Shown here: one piece after another, positions 37,307 through 51,507 of the stretch
Position numbering within the stretch: the first letter of the stretch is position 1
Layout of the letters: each line of letters opens with the position of its first letter
NCBI GenBank assembly: GCA_035084275.1
Contig: CM068757.1
Coordinates: forward strand, 6,386,001 to 6,450,000
Direction: 5' to 3'
DNA length: 64,000 nucleotides
From: Hydrolagus colliei
Lineage: Eukaryota
The notes under the pieces: model-generated
The model's database searches: none
What the model was told of the DNA's origin: nothing
Seen by the model: only the letters and a program-made list of their open reading frames with translations
Program-made: the position numbers and the translations under genes

Positions 37307-40232
37307 CTTACGACCTAGAACCTTTTTATTTATTGTGGGGAGGTGGGGGGAGGGGGGTGCGGATGGGGAGGAGAATGGAGGGAACAAAATAATTAATTCT
37401 CCCTCAAGAAGGGAGTATGATTAAACCGAGTATTTCCATGCCAATGTGGAAATTACCCTGGCATGACATGCGTGAATGCGTGAATGCCCACCACTGGCAA
37501 TGCTGGGCTCTGGGTTCTCCTATTTTTTTAAATATAATGTGGCTGTGGCCCAAAGGAAAATACCCCACAGTTAAGGATAGATGTCACGCCTCTTGAATCA
37601 CTTCCCACTTCTATCGTTCGCTCATATTTTGAGTCGTGATTAATCAAATCATCAGCCATCCTTGATTTTACAATGATATTTTTCATCACAGCTGTCATCC
37701 GCCTGCCACTTGCTGTGAAGCTGCGTTTCTGATGGAACCTTTCCCTGGCTCATTGCAATGATGTCAAAGGCTTTTATCGCAACTCTCATTGGTGAAGTTG
37801 AATTTCAAATTCTTTTGATTTTCTACTTTTATTTTCTCATTAATTCTCCCCTCCCCCTCACCCCCACACACTCACACACTAATTCCCTTTCCTCCACCCC
37901 CCCTGCCCCCCTCCACTCTTGAAAACACTCACACTTGCTGGGCTATTGTTCCAACAGACCCATAATCTGTTACTGAACCCAGCCCATGCTACAAACGGTT
38001 GTATGGGGGTGTATCTCAGTGTTATTACTCAATGTCCACAAGCACATTTTCCCGCTGCGATCCCGAAACATGACCCTCCCAACCTCTAGACTAGAGACAC
38101 TAAGGACCATACCATCCTTACCACCAAGATCAATTCTGCAGCACAGACTGGGTTTCCACTCTGTAATCTTGTAATCTGCTTGGTCCACTGTTACAACAAA
38201 CAGTGCCTTTATCCAGTTGACTATCGGTGAAGCTTTGACTCGTAGCTGGACTATTTGGCCTGCATGAAAACCTTGGACCCACAGGAACTCCTAACTGTAT
38301 TAAATTGGTTTAGAAGTCAGGCACATCATTAGGAAAGATATGTATGAAAGATCAATGGTGCCACAATTCATTCTGTTGAAATCAATACAGTGGCACTCTC
38401 ACCCAAACAAAAAAGCCCCCGAAATAATCAGAATGCAATTGATAGGTGTTTTGAGGATTTAAAATAGAAGATTTGCTGATTCGCACACAAGACAATTGCT
38501 TTTTATTTGTGTGTTTCTTGTGCTTCAGCTTTTCAGGGACCGGAGCCAATATTCATAAAAGAAAATATATTTGGAAAGAAACTGAGGAAGGTCATAGAAT
38601 TCTCAGTTCCCTATGGATGGAAGTGTGAATTCAGCTGGAAAGGGAATAAGCAAAGGGTTGCCTCTAAATAATATTTAAACATGGTTCAGATTATTTTAGT
38701 CATTTGCCTCTTGAGGGTGAATATTTAAATGGTGAAATCATTTTTCAATATTCATCAGAAATAAGCAACCCACAAGGCATATTGTAAAATGTACCTCTTT
38801 AACCTACCAGTGAATAAAATCTCCTCCGAGTTTCATATAGATATATATATGCAGCATGTTTCAGCACTATTGATGGCTGAAACACACCCACAAAAAAAAT
38901 CAAATCTTTTTGGTCAATTATGTAAATTCTAATTTAATAAATGCATCGATTTGTGGGCTGAAGCACAGGCGTGCGGAGTAGTGAATGCCGGCCATCAAGG
39001 CCGCACTTCACTTGTCACAAGGCTTCAATTGTTCCGCACAATGTTATTCACAAACCGTTCCTTTAAAGGACTTTTCATAGGTCATGGCTTCCCCCCGATG
39101 GCTTAGCCAGTTTATTCAGTGAATGGGTGAGCGAGAGATTCAAGGACAAATTCTAACCTATTTATGGGACCTCAGCCAGGGAGACAGTGGAGGTGCAACG
39201 ATAATAATAATCATAACAATCCTTGCATTTGATATAGCGCAACTCACTGATGTGGCGAACCACATGATCACAACTCAAGGACAATATAAAGTAACGTAAC
39301 ACCAACTACAGCAATATGGCCACACATCTCCCTGAATGTTGAAACAGTTTCTCGATGACTTACTTCCCTTGCTGAATTAGATGGCAAGGCTGAATGGTTC
39401 TGTTAACCCAAATCAAACATGAGCATCAATTCTCAAATGTACAAACATCTTACATCAAATCAACGTTCCAAACATTACAAATTGGATCATTTATCGGACA
39501 AAGATTTTCGCGTCTAATTTCTGCTTTCGTTATTACAGCAGGATTTTAATTATTTTTTAAAAATGACAAGAGTCAAGTACCTGTACAGTGCCTGCAAGTT
39601 CCTTGTGTAATGGCAGCTGCAACAGAACGCTATAGATGTCTGCCACTAGGTGTCACCCTGTGGATGCAGGTTTGGCAACTGAGTTGGGCAAACACAGATT
39701 GCTCTGGACAGCAATAAGTGTTACAATTAAGGAAAGGGTGGCTCAAATAGCAACTTGGTCTTTCGGGATTGATAACAAATATTTCTGCATAATCTGTCGT
39801 CTTGTGGAATTACACAGGAAATCCTTTGCCGAGAGTGGTTTCACTCAGGAATAGAGGCCTCATCCCCACCCACCCCCATTTGGGAAGTAAATCCTCAATG
39901 CATATCCTCAATATCCACAGATGAACGTTTGGAGTTTACTTTAAAATTTAGTTAAAAGTTTGGAGATGACTGTAACATTATCATTTATCCTGACTACCAT
40001 TTGCCTGCATAGGAATGCAGTCGTTTCATTCTCATTCCTGGAGAGCATTAAACCAGGGCAGGCAGTGGTGTTCCTGTGTTTATACACCTGGTAAAACACA
40101 GGGCAGTCCAGGGCTAGGCAGTGCAAAGCTCATTGTAGACAGATAAACAGCCTGCAGAGCGGCAGGAATATAGGCTTCAAGTAGTCAGGTTAAATCAGTG
40201 TCATCTCAAATTTACATCAGTTATATAATATG

Positions 40233-40528
40233 TGTAGCTCAGCAGTTAAAGTACTCGCCTCACAACTGAAAGACCTGGGTTTGATTCCTGGCAGGGTGAA
40301 ACCTTGGACAAGTTTCCTTACTCCACATGCTTGATGATAATCCCTCAAGAAAAAAATAATTAATTGGTCATTTCAAATTACGAATGTTTGTGGGACACTG
40401 CTGTGCACAATTGGCTTCTGAGTTTCGCCCACAAATATACAGTCCATTCACTTTACAGTATATTCAGTGAAGTGCTTTGAGCCGTCTGAAAGACGTGAAA
40501 AGTGCTATATCAAATGCAAGGATTGTTA
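40233..40528 (+). mobile_element. Full-length tRNA-derived SINE
   Basis: tgtagctcagcagttaaagtactcgcc...atcaaatgcaaggatt. Confidence 0.92.
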
Positions 40529-40658
40529 AGGTGCTGACTGACATTCTGATATAACATATTAACATACCAAGAGGTGTGTCAAACAACCAAGACTCTGAAC
40601 TTCATTCCAATACAAATACTGCCCAAACCATCAAACCCAAAGAAAGAAATCATGCCAT

Positions 40659-40772
40659 TAATAATAATAATCCTTGTATTTGATAAAGAGCCCAATCAAG
40701 TCTTCAAGACATATCAAAGCACTTCACAGAACATACTGGAAAGTGGATTGACCGTATATTTTGTGGGTGAAC
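40659..40772 (-). mobile_element. SINE 3' fragment, tail-to-tail with the previous copy
   Basis: aataataatccttgtatttgata...aaagcacttcacagaacatactg...ttgtgggtgaa. Confidence 0.8.
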
Positions 40773-41637
40773 TGAAGGGTTTTGTGGGTGAACTGGTGAT
40801 GGGTTTCCGCAAGTGTCAGACACCCGACTAACCACCCCCAACAAGGAAGATTCAAGCTATTCTGATAGTATTTATTACTATTCTAAATTGTACGTGCTTC
40901 AAAAGCAAATAGCTGCTTCTGTCTTGACATGATTGCTTTTGACAATCATTTGTTCCGCATTAACCCAAATGAAGAGAAACATATAAAAAGCATACGTCTA
41001 CATCGGTGGGTTTCATAACATGTCTGCACAATTAAAATATATTGCATTAGCTAGGTCTCGCAGACCCTCATCTCGCACACAACCCCCTGGGGCAAACGGT
41101 TTCAATGAGGAAAAGCCATTGATGCTGTTTCCCATTAATATTCCAAAAACGTTTGGCCCCAAAATTAAAACTGTGATAATTACTTTACATTTAATGGGAA
41201 ATCACAATGGCAATGAACTTAATTTGGTCACCATCCGACTGATCACTCACACACCTTTTCACATGCGCCTGCAACTTGTAAAAGGTCATCATTATATTGC
41301 GAGCAAACACTCGAGGTCTTGTTACGCTGAGCTCTTCCTGAGTCGTCACACGCACATCCATTAAACGACACACTTTCCAAACGAGGAAAGGGTTCATGAA
41401 TTATGAATCGATAAGTAGACAAGCATCATTTTTATTTGCAACAGAAAAATCCTGGACATGAATTTCCTATGACAGAATTTCGGGTTTACAAGCAAAGCTC
41501 TGGTTCTGATGGATTAGATCTATCAAATATCTCTGGATCGAGGATCGCTGGAGATTGAACAGCGCCGGATGGCTAGTGATGTGCCACATTACCATTCGAT
41601 ACCCGTCAGTACATAAATATTCCTAACCAGAAGTGTT

Positions 41638-41960
41638 GGAGTCCTGTAGCTCAGTGGTTAGAGAACTCACCTCTCAAATAAGAGACCTGGGTTTGACTCC
41701 CAGCAGAGCAAAGCCTTGGGCAAGTTATCTTACTCCACATGCTTAATAATAATCACTCAAGATAAATACAATAATAAATTGGGCACTTCAATCCACTATG
41801 TGGGACATTGCTGTGTGCCATTGGCTGCTGTGTTTCGCTCACAAATATGCAGTCAAATCACTTTACAGCATATTCTGCGAAACAGTTTGAATCATCTAGA
41901 AGACTTGAAAAAGTGCTACATCAAATGGAAGGACTAGCATTGTCAGTACTGTATTATTAT
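41638..41960 (+). mobile_element. Full-length tRNA-derived SINE
   Basis: ggagtcctgtagctcagtggttagag..., core and tail. Confidence 0.9.
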
Positions 41961-43622
41961 ACCACAGAGGAAAAAGGCAAAGGTTTGGAAAGCTGAAAAG
42001 GGCTCCTTTGGAACTCAAGGAGTTAATCGGTAACGTGCACGTACCTATGGTGAAATCCTCTCCAAATTCGTTACACAAAACATATGCAATTTTGTGACAC
42101 ATGATGATGGTATTGAAGAACAGGCAAGATAGGCTGGCAGAAAGGGTCTGTTTTATTAATGCGCAGAACTTTGCATTCACTTATTTTCCAGTGCGGCTCA
42201 CTGGACGCAAATTTATACTCCTACGGTTACCTTAGCTCAATGTGATTGATGGCAAGAACGAGACCGTGGTATGGCTCACTTAACTTTCAATACTACTATA
42301 CATAGTTCTTGTCTAAAGCGCATTAATACTTTATGAATCAGAAGTGCCCGCCATTTAATCATTACCGTACGAGATTTCCAGTGCCATCTGTTATGCAGAT
42401 CGTGGGGGTAAAATGGCTCTGTGTGCGAAGAGGGGAATCAACAGCTAAACGAGGATGTTGTTCAAAATCTTTCACTCAATATTCATATGAAACTCTCTCA
42501 AAATGCAATTACCACGGAGCCAAGGCATTGAAAGCCGCCATTGTCCAGCAAATTTTATCCATTATCCACATTTTCTAATTAAAGTTTGCCCAGCAAACAC
42601 TTTTTACAATCACATGTTCATGTCAATTCTCCACACTTTGTACGTCACCTAACTTGCATTTACAGTAACAATGAATTTGCTAATATATTTGTGTCAAATG
42701 TCATTCACCGCATAGCCCCCATCTCTGCAATTGCTCAAGCAGTCTCACCTAATGAGTGGCCTCAGGGCTTTTCTGCACAATTTCTCCTATGAAAGAGGTT
42801 GCAACACCACTTTCCTATGTGTGTGAGTATGTGTGTGTGTGCCTGTATGTCTGGTCTGTGTGTGTGTGGGAGTGTGTGTGTGGGAGTGGGAGTAGGTGGG
42901 GTGGTGGTGGGAGAAATTGTACAAGAGAAAAAGAGAAAATCATGCCTCAGGGTCTTTTTGCTCCAATGGCAGCGTTAATTTAAATAAAGAATGCAATTGC
43001 ATCAAACATATTCCAGTTGCCATGTCTAAACTGCCCTCGTCACGTAGACATCACGTCCATCCTTTGAGACTGAAACAAGCCCATCTGCTAGGATGAAAAA
43101 TTGCACAAAGACGTTTCCCAAAATTGTGCCACGTTCTTTCAAAAACTGTCTGTGAGATGTCAGAAGATGCTGCAGTGGCTGAGTAGAGGTGGGCTGTTAC
43201 TCAACCCTCTTTAGCTTCGGCTCTGGTCCTATGACGTGCAGCAATAAAACTTTCTTTCAGGAGATACCAGTAACTGCATCTTTCTGGCGATTGGGGCTTC
43301 CTATGATTCAGTGATCATTGCTTCAGCGTCCCTTGTTTTCATGTACTTATTCTGGAGGACATAACTCCAATTCTCTGGAGACCAGGGTCCACCTAATTCA
43401 CTTCATCACAGATTCACTACCTGACAAGGATATGCTTCGATGGCAACTGGATGAATGAGGAACCTGGGGTCCTTTACTGAGAAGAACACACAAACCACTG
43501 AGTCCACATGGCACAGTCCAGTGCCCACTCATGACAAGTGTCCAGGCCTAAGGTACCTAATATTAAATAGTCAAAAAGATGTCAATGCGTGTGCACAACA
43601 GGCACGTATGCACACACCTGCG

Positions 43623-43648
43623 CACACACACACACACACACACACACG
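43623..43648. repeat. (CA)n microsatellite
   Basis: Seen directly. Confidence 0.9.
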
Positions 43649-44054
43649 CATGCATTTCCCTCCCCCCTTCCACTCCACACACATACACACACACACAAAC
43701 ATACATGTTGAAGGAACATTAGGATGAATGTTTTGGAATCAATCCAGCAAATTAATGAAATGTGGGATAGGAATTTCCTGGTGTGAATCAGGACAACTGT
43801 TATCCTATTGTCAGATTATTTGTTTATAGCAAATTGAATCCGATCTGGTTTTGTTCAGGAAGATTGATTAACGCAGCCAACAATCACTTATGAATGGTGG
43901 TCGCCCAGCTGCGCAGAGAGTCATCAGGTTAACAGCCCCACACTGTGCAGAGGTTGACTAAGACGTTGAACGTTGGTAATGCCACAGTGCAAGTAAATAC
44001 ACCAGCTCCTTCTCCAGTGTGATACAGTGATTCGATTAATTAAAACAAGAACCC

Positions 44055-44380
44055 GCGCAGTTCATACAGCACTTTTCATATCGGGAGGATGCCTCAATGT
44101 GCTTCACAGGATTTAAAGTGTAGTGAAGTGGAAAGTGTAGTGACTGTGTATTTTGCAGGCAAACATTTGGGGGCACAACAGGAGAAACTCCCTTTTCAAA
44201 TAGAGTGGTGGGATCTTTAACATCCACCTGACAGGACCTTGGTTCGCAACGTCTCGTCCGGCTCACGTCTCCAATGCTGGAGCATAAGCCTAGACAATGT
44301 GAATTCCAACTCATGACATAGGGCTTGAACCCACAACCTTCTGATTCAAGAGGCCGGTGGGTTGCCAATTGAGCTGACAC
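44055..44380 (-). mobile_element. DeuSINE (SacSINE1-like)
   Basis: Reverse complement: tgtcagctcaattggcaac...gaatcagaaggttgtgggttcaagccc...cggacgagacgtt...caggtggatgttaaagatccca, plus an L2-type tail. Confidence 0.75.
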
Positions 44381-45310
44381 TATTAAGTCCCCAAAACTAT
44401 GAGGCATCCAATTCCACGTCTCAGTAAATCACAGTTATAGGTGTACTGCCTTGATGAAAGCTGCACTTGGCAAACAGTATTGGGAAAAGCAGACATGAAA
44501 GTCACACATTACTTTCATCAGAATGATGTGAGACGCAACTCAATGATGCTCTTTACCAGGTGATTTCCACCAGTGCAGCATTTTTGGTCAAAGAAGGGCA
44601 AGGTTTTCTGAGTAACATTTCATTTGAAGGGACAGCCAACCTTACCTGGTAAACTGATGACATAAGTAACAAAGTGAACAAGTCTGCATTTGGACTATCA
44701 AACCTACGCTGGTATAATTGCTCAACATGAGTTGCCCAGTCTCCTCCCACTCTCCTGTGCGCCTCTCGTAATATACCTCCTCTTCAAGCATCTATCCAAT
44801 TCCCTTTTTAAAAGCTGTAACATGAGCAAAGGCTTCAGTAATGAATGACCCAGACAGACGGAAACGTCTGCTCTCAAGGTCACTGCTATCAAGAGTTTAC
44901 CGTAAATTTGTCTCTCTCTGAATGCCTATCTGGGACTATCAGCAAAACTCTGCTGACTTGAAGCCAGCGTTTATGGCAAATGAGTTCATCGGTAGAAGCA
45001 AACAGCGGCGTTTTGTTTTGTGATATTTTAGGAAGCACTGTTTTCTAGCATCACATTCCCGGCCAAAAACAGTGATCGGTGAACCCGGCTGAGTCACTGT
45101 GGATCTGTTTCTCGGGTCCTCTTCAGCTACAAGTTCCAGGTGCAAATTCATGCTTTCGTTTTCTCCCACTCTCGTTAGGTCTGAGAGATTCCTTTTGTGG
45201 CTGAGTGCAATAAAAAGCAACTGGATATTGACGCACGCTTGCAGTGGGATCAACGCGGCAGCCACCGCCTGGCAACTCTCAACAGCTGGAGTGTGATTGT
45301 TGCAAATGTC

Positions 45311-45717
45311 GGCGTCCCGTAACATAGTGCGCACTTTCCTCATGAGCGAGAGGACCTGGGTTCAAATCCCGGGGGAAGCAATACCTCAGGCGAGTTTCCT
45401 TACTCCACACACGACTGTTTACCTAGCAGTAAGCAGGAACCAGATTGTTAGTCGACTGGCTGATTGCTTTCCAGGAATAAATCATTCCTCCCCCCAGAAA
45501 TGCGGGCACCACTCAATCCACGGCAGTTTGTGGGACGCTGCTGTAGCAATTGCTGCCCCGTTTCGGCCACAGCATATACAATCAACTCACTTTACAGGCT
45601 GAAAGACGCCATACAAGTGTATTTTTGTTGTTGTTGTCGTATTCAGTGAAGCATTTTGAGATGCCTTAACAACATGATAATACATTAGATTGAATGCAAG
45701 GATTATTATTGTTATTA
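45311..45717 (+). mobile_element. SINE, long variant with the extra internal segment
   Basis: Degenerate head, gacctgggttcaaatcc, segment 45415-45474, core and tail. Confidence 0.8.
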
Positions 45718-47699
45718 CAGTATTAGGTTTTCACTGCTTTGTTTTAGGAAATCTGCTTGTTTTTCAAAAAAAAACCTTTACGTGGTTCCTTTGTCCACCG
45801 GAAGAGAGATCGATGGCTCAAGGTTTTCGACTGTTTCATAGTCTGCAGAGCTAAGCACGAACCGCATAAGGTATTGTCAGGGAGGCTGGGTTTATCCCAT
45901 TGGCTCCACATTTCTTTATCAGGCTCAGTGCCAAAAAATGTGCATTTGTTTAAATGTTCCTAAAGCATCAGCAACCCATTTATACCACACAGGTCTGAAT
46001 ACCAGAGTACAACAAGAAAGCAGAGGTTTAGAGTTGCTAATAGTAATGCCAGAAAGCATAGCTGTATCCAGCAGGTAATTAATGACTGAAACAAATTGCC
46101 AAGAAGGTTGGTTGAGGCTAAGGCGTTTAAGAAACAGCTTGATGCTGTGATGGGAAGATGGTAGGATGAGTATTCTGGATGAGATGAGATGGGCCAATGG
46201 GTCTTCTTCATCCACTGGTCCTCGATATTGTGACTCGTAAGCTGAGCTTCAGAGTAAACTGGACATTCTGAATTCTCGTTTGCTCTCCCACCAATTCACT
46301 GCCCAACACATTGTAAAAACACAACAAAAATGCACATTGCTCCAGAAGCAAACACCAGATATGATCGTCGAGACTATAGAAAACAGATTTGTGTTGAGTA
46401 CCAGTTTTTTTTTTTTTCTCTTTGCATCGACAAATATATTTTTCATTAATGCTCACCATTCCTTCGGAGTACAAGGATGATTTAAGTTTGTCATTCACAA
46501 TCACACATCGAAAGTCAACAGACAAGTCATTGTGAATTCCACAGCACACTGATGCCACCCCATGCTGGGTTTGCCAGATTATTATGTAGGGAACAGCAAG
46601 ATATATTTTGAATATAGATCAATAAACTAACATCAGAACGGCTCACAAAAACATGTAAATGACATTCTTTCTTCTTCTAGTAATCAAAAACCTTGTTGTG
46701 AAGTGAAATGCTGTGTCTCTTTAGCTTACATAGCAGAAAGGATGCCTGTATCTTCTTCTGTCCTGCCATAGAGGAATTCAAATTCCTCTTTAGATGCGCA
46801 ATACATTGAACTTATGTGAGATGACAGCCTTGAATACGAAGATTCTCCAGATTTTTCACAAACATAATTCCATTAGATACAACAGGAGTTTTCCGCAGCG
46901 TTTCAAAACACAATTGTTTTTTTTATTGCTTTCTCGTTGTGCTTCCTTTTAATAGGGTGATGTAATGGCATTTTGTTCCGCGCTTGTACGGTTTAGAAAT
47001 TATAAACAGGAGTTGTGATTGTTCTTGTTTTCAGCCATACAGGAATTTCCATCTTTCACGGGTCTCCCATTCTAATGAATCACCGTGGTGTGCTTCCGAG
47101 CCCCTTTATAATCCATGCTTGAATGCAACGGTATATTTTGCCCAATTGTTAGTCATAGCTGCTTCTGGTACATACAAAGTAAATCCATCAATTTAATGCT
47201 AACGATTCTCCATGAAATTTGTATTTCACATGAGCTCCAAACAGCTGCGGTGTGATCAACTGAAGGGAAATCACATAAATGTGCCAGGGCCGTGACCCAG
47301 TCATTTCATGTTAAAACTGCAATCTAACTTATTCTTCTTCCCCCACACACACCCCCCCTTTCATTTTAGCTGGACTTGCAGTGTGCTGTTAACACAGTCC
47401 CTCTGAGAATATGTGTCTTTCGCAGTCAAGACAAACATTCCAAACAAAGTGATACACTTCCAGGGGGAGACGTAAGCATTCCCTGACGTACAAAAGAGAT
47501 GTGTTGCCATGTGAGCGGAAAGCTGAAGACTCGAGATGCTCATAAAAGCACAGAAATTGCAATATTGTGGAGCCCCACAAAAATCACATGAGAGGTTCAG
47601 ATGAAGAAAGCTCTGCGACTGATTTAATCTAATTTTTCCAGCACATAAATCCCCCCACCACACACACACACACACACACAATCTGCCAAGAAGAACATC

Positions 47700-47820
47700 A
47701 AGTGGTTTCTTAAAGTTATCGAGCGCGCCTGGTCTCTACAACTCTCATGGTAACTGGTTCCAGGTGTTAATTACGGTACTCTCTGGGTAAATACTTCCTA
47801 ACATCCGCCTAAAATTGCAC
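47700..47820 (-). mobile_element. CR1 LINE fragment (end of ORF2)
   Basis: Reverse complement gatgttaggaagtatttacccagagag...taattaacacctggaaccagttacc...gttgtagagacc resembles the CR1 ORF2 C-terminal RKYF..RV...WN.LP motif. Confidence 0.55.
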
Positions 47821-48003
47821 TACATAAATCTGAATCGCTGAATTCTGTGAATTGCTTTGAGATGTCTCAATGATATGATCTAACCCCATGTCGAATGCAA
47901 AGATTATTACCAGATTATTTTTCCCATAATTAGCAGCAAGGAGAAAAAAAGGAGTTCATAAGAACTTGGCAATGAATACAAACGCATATTCGAACCTATT
48001 TGT

Positions 48004-48281
48004 GGAGTCCTGTAGCTCAGTGGATAGAGCACTCGGCTTACAAGCGAGAGACCTGGGTTAAATTCCCGGCAGGGTGAAACCTTGAGCAAGTTTCCTTCCT
48101 CCACACGCCTAATAACTGCTGGTGTGAAAATAGCTGCTGCGTTTTGCCCACAAATATACAGTCAATTCACTTTACAGTATATTCTGTTTAAAATATATTC
48201 TATACAGTATATATTTTGAGACGTCTAGAAGACGTGAAAAGCGCGATATCAAATGCAAGGATTATTATTGTTATTATTATT
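48004..48281 (+). mobile_element. tRNA-derived SINE with internal deletion (a further tail fragment lies at ~47843-47910)
   Basis: Intact head and tail. Confidence 0.9.
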
Positions 48282-49031
48282 TATGATCAAATTTCAATTC
48301 TTCAGCAAGAAGAAAAACAAAATGCAACAATTAAAGGGAGATAAAAGGTTCAGCTCTCGGATCCATTTAGAAATTCTCTCTTGATAAAGGACGGCATCCT
48401 TCCAGTAAATCAATGTAAATATTTAACAATCAGGACACAAAAGCTGCTAGACATCAGTAAAATCTGTTAGTGATTGCAAACATGCTATCGAGGATTTTAG
48501 CAAAAGATCCAAATGACTGAGAACACATTTAATCCCCTGAAAGGGGCTGTGGTTTGGGCAAAGTTAAGAGTTTTAAAAAAATTGAATGTGGGAGAGAAGG
48601 TGGAGGATAGGTCACGCTGGAACAATTTGTATTTTGATAGTTTCAAACAGGGATGTGAAGTGAAAAATGAGATTACATTTTTCTTATATAACAAATCATA
48701 CCGATTTTTCCTAGGTCCAGAAATTGACAGGGTGAACTGCATTAAATCCACCGTCTCGACAGATAGGACAAGCCCAATGTTCTTACCAGATATCTCTGAT
48801 TACAGGGATGAGCAGATGAATCTTGCAAGCTGCTAGATGGGCATGGAATCTATCTGTCAAAGGTCAATGGATCTGGCCAGATGCCTGATTATGTTTTGGC
48901 TGAAGTACTGTACCGAGGACTGAGAGATCTCAATGCAACTACCCTAAGAGGGATCAGGATTGCGATTAATTTGAGATTTGGAAAGTCTAAATCCTAATTC
49001 CGAAAATAAAACAGGTCAGCAGAGGATTGGG

Positions 49032-49033
<2 letters not shown>

Positions 49034-49064
<31 letters not shown>
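49034..49064. repeat. (GA)n microsatellite
   Basis: Seen directly. Confidence 0.9.
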
Positions 49065-49067
<3 letters not shown>

Positions 49068-49503
49068 CAGAAACCATCGGAAAAACACAGATGCTGCCTG
49101 TGATCAAGAAGGTGAAACAAAATCCCTGTACTGGCTGTTTGTGTGCAGACTTTATTTCAACTTCTGTATCTCTGTCAAATATTCTAATGTCAAACTGAAT
49201 TCATCCTTTGGATTTGACTTGATCTCATCTGTCCGGAATTCCCATTCCCTACTACTACATCAGAATCATTTTATGTTTCGATAAGAAAGAATGAAACCCC
49301 AAAAAAGGCCAATTTGATTGCCATGTGTGCTCCTGCCACACACTGTGTCTGAAATTCCCTGACATGGGCATCACTCAATCCATTTAATCTCTTGAGGGAA
49401 AATTCTGAACCCAAATACTGTACATCTAATTAACCAAAATTATTTGACCCTGATATGTTGCTTTTCACAGAGTCCTGCAACATGTCCGCTCTCTCCACCC
49501 TCT

Positions 49504-49741
49504 CTGGGTTTGATCCTTAGGCAAGTTTCCTTACTCCACACGACGAACAATAATCCCTCGAAAACATATTCGTCATTTCAATCTACAACTGTTTGTGGGA
49601 CACTGCCGTGTGCAATTGGCTGCCGTGTTATGCTCACAACTATACAGTCAATTTACTTTACAGTACATTCTGTGGAGAGCTTTGAGATGTTGAGTTGACG
49701 TGAAAAGCACTATATCAAATGCAAGGATTATTATTATTATC
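49504..49741 (+). mobile_element. 5'-truncated SINE
   Basis: ggcaagtttccttactccaca...core...aaatgcaaggattattatt. Confidence 0.88.
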
Positions 49742-51180
49742 ATTGGATATTTTCAGTGCACGGCACTATAGTTCACTGAAAAATCCGAAGATATTGCTGT
49801 GGGTAAGGACTGCTGAGGTCTAAAGTATATGTATTTCACGGTTTGTTTCCTCTCGGAAGAGGAAAATGTGTGGAAAAGATTGCAATGGCACAAAGAACAC
49901 AAATTCCAGAAGATAAGCTTCAAATTGCTGTAGATGTAGATGCAACCCAGTGCTTCGGTAAATTAACACAAAGAGGAAATTCCTTGTTTTTTGAGAGACA
50001 GAATCATGTTGAACATATGGAGAAAGTGAGACGTTTGGTTGTTCATCCACTGTGAATAGCAAAGGCAGTTTTCAATGTTCCAAGCCAAAAATTAGACAGA
50101 CGGCATAGTCTCAATTGACCTAAAGGCTATTTTATCACATTTAACAAATTCTACTTATATGCAAGTGTCAGTACAGCACTAAGCTGGAGGATATGAAATC
50201 ATTTTCTTTCTTTAGTCATTTTCAACTTGCCACCCTGAGTGCAGAATGAAGGCACGCCAAGGAAGTCTCCTCTGATAGTCAAGAACATGAAAGACTGAAT
50301 GATGAGCTACCATCGGATAGATAATTCAGCGGGGAAAAATGGGCTCACATCTCAATTCTACAAGGTAATAGCAAAACAACATTACCGTACTTCACTTTCC
50401 AGCCCCGCTTTTACTGAAGAATTAAACAAGAGAAGCTTTGGAGAAATTACAAGCCCTGGAAAGTTTTAAGGGGAGGAGGAGGGTTGGAGGGGGTGGGGGG
50501 GGGGTTAGTTTAAAGAAGCATTTCAAACTTGAATGAAGGATGCAAGCATGGGTAATAGAGAAAGGGAGAACCAGAGGATGGGGGCTGCATTAGCTGGTCA
50601 AGCAGCAGAAGCAATGTTTTTATGATATACGAGTTTCACTTATTTTATTAGTATATTAAATATTAAAGCTACCCTAATATCTCAAGTGCATTCCTACTAT
50701 ATTATCCAATTCCCTCAGACTCACAGGATGTTGAACAATGATAAAGAATTCCATGTAAATGTTGAAAGAGGTATGCGTTTCAGAAAAGGAATGTGAATAA
50801 ACAGGTTTTTTTTCAAAAAGTATTCCTTTGCCCCTCTCTGCATTCGCTGTTCATCTTAAAAAGATGATTGTTAATTCATTTAAACAAAATCACAGCAATT
50901 CCTGGCTGTACCACCCATACTTCAGTTCTATTCTCAGTTAAAGCCGCTCTCAATCAGCCCTCAATTCACTTCATCACGAGCACAATAAATAACACTGATA
51001 CCTAAAGGCTGCAAATATAACTACTTCTGGAGTTTAAAAAAAATTACAAACGCTGCATAATTTACTCACTGCAATTAAAAATGGATATCTTTGAAAACAC
51101 AAAAGGCCTGGAATAAAAGATAAATGGGACGTGAGTCCTGAGTATTTGTGCTACAAATTCATTCACCTGAGCAGTGTAAG

Positions 51181-51507
51181 TAATAATAAATAATCCTTGC
51201 ATTTTCATATAGTGCTTTTACATGTCTTCTAGATGTCTCAAAGTGCTTCACAGAATATACTGTAGAGCGAATTGACTGTATATTTGTGGGCAAAACGCGG
51301 CAGCCAATTGTGCACAGCAGCGTCCCACAAACCGTCGTGGATTAAAATGACCAATTTTTTATTGCAGGTTATTTTGAGACGGATTATTATTAGGCATGTG
51401 GAGAAAAAGAAACTTGCTCAAGGTTTTACCCTCTGAACTGCCCGGATTCGAAACACAGGCCTCACATTTGTAAAGGGAGTGCTCTAACCACTGAGCTACT
51501 GGATTCC
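51181..51507 (-). mobile_element. Full-length tRNA-derived SINE
   Basis: Complete element in reverse orientation. Confidence 0.92.
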
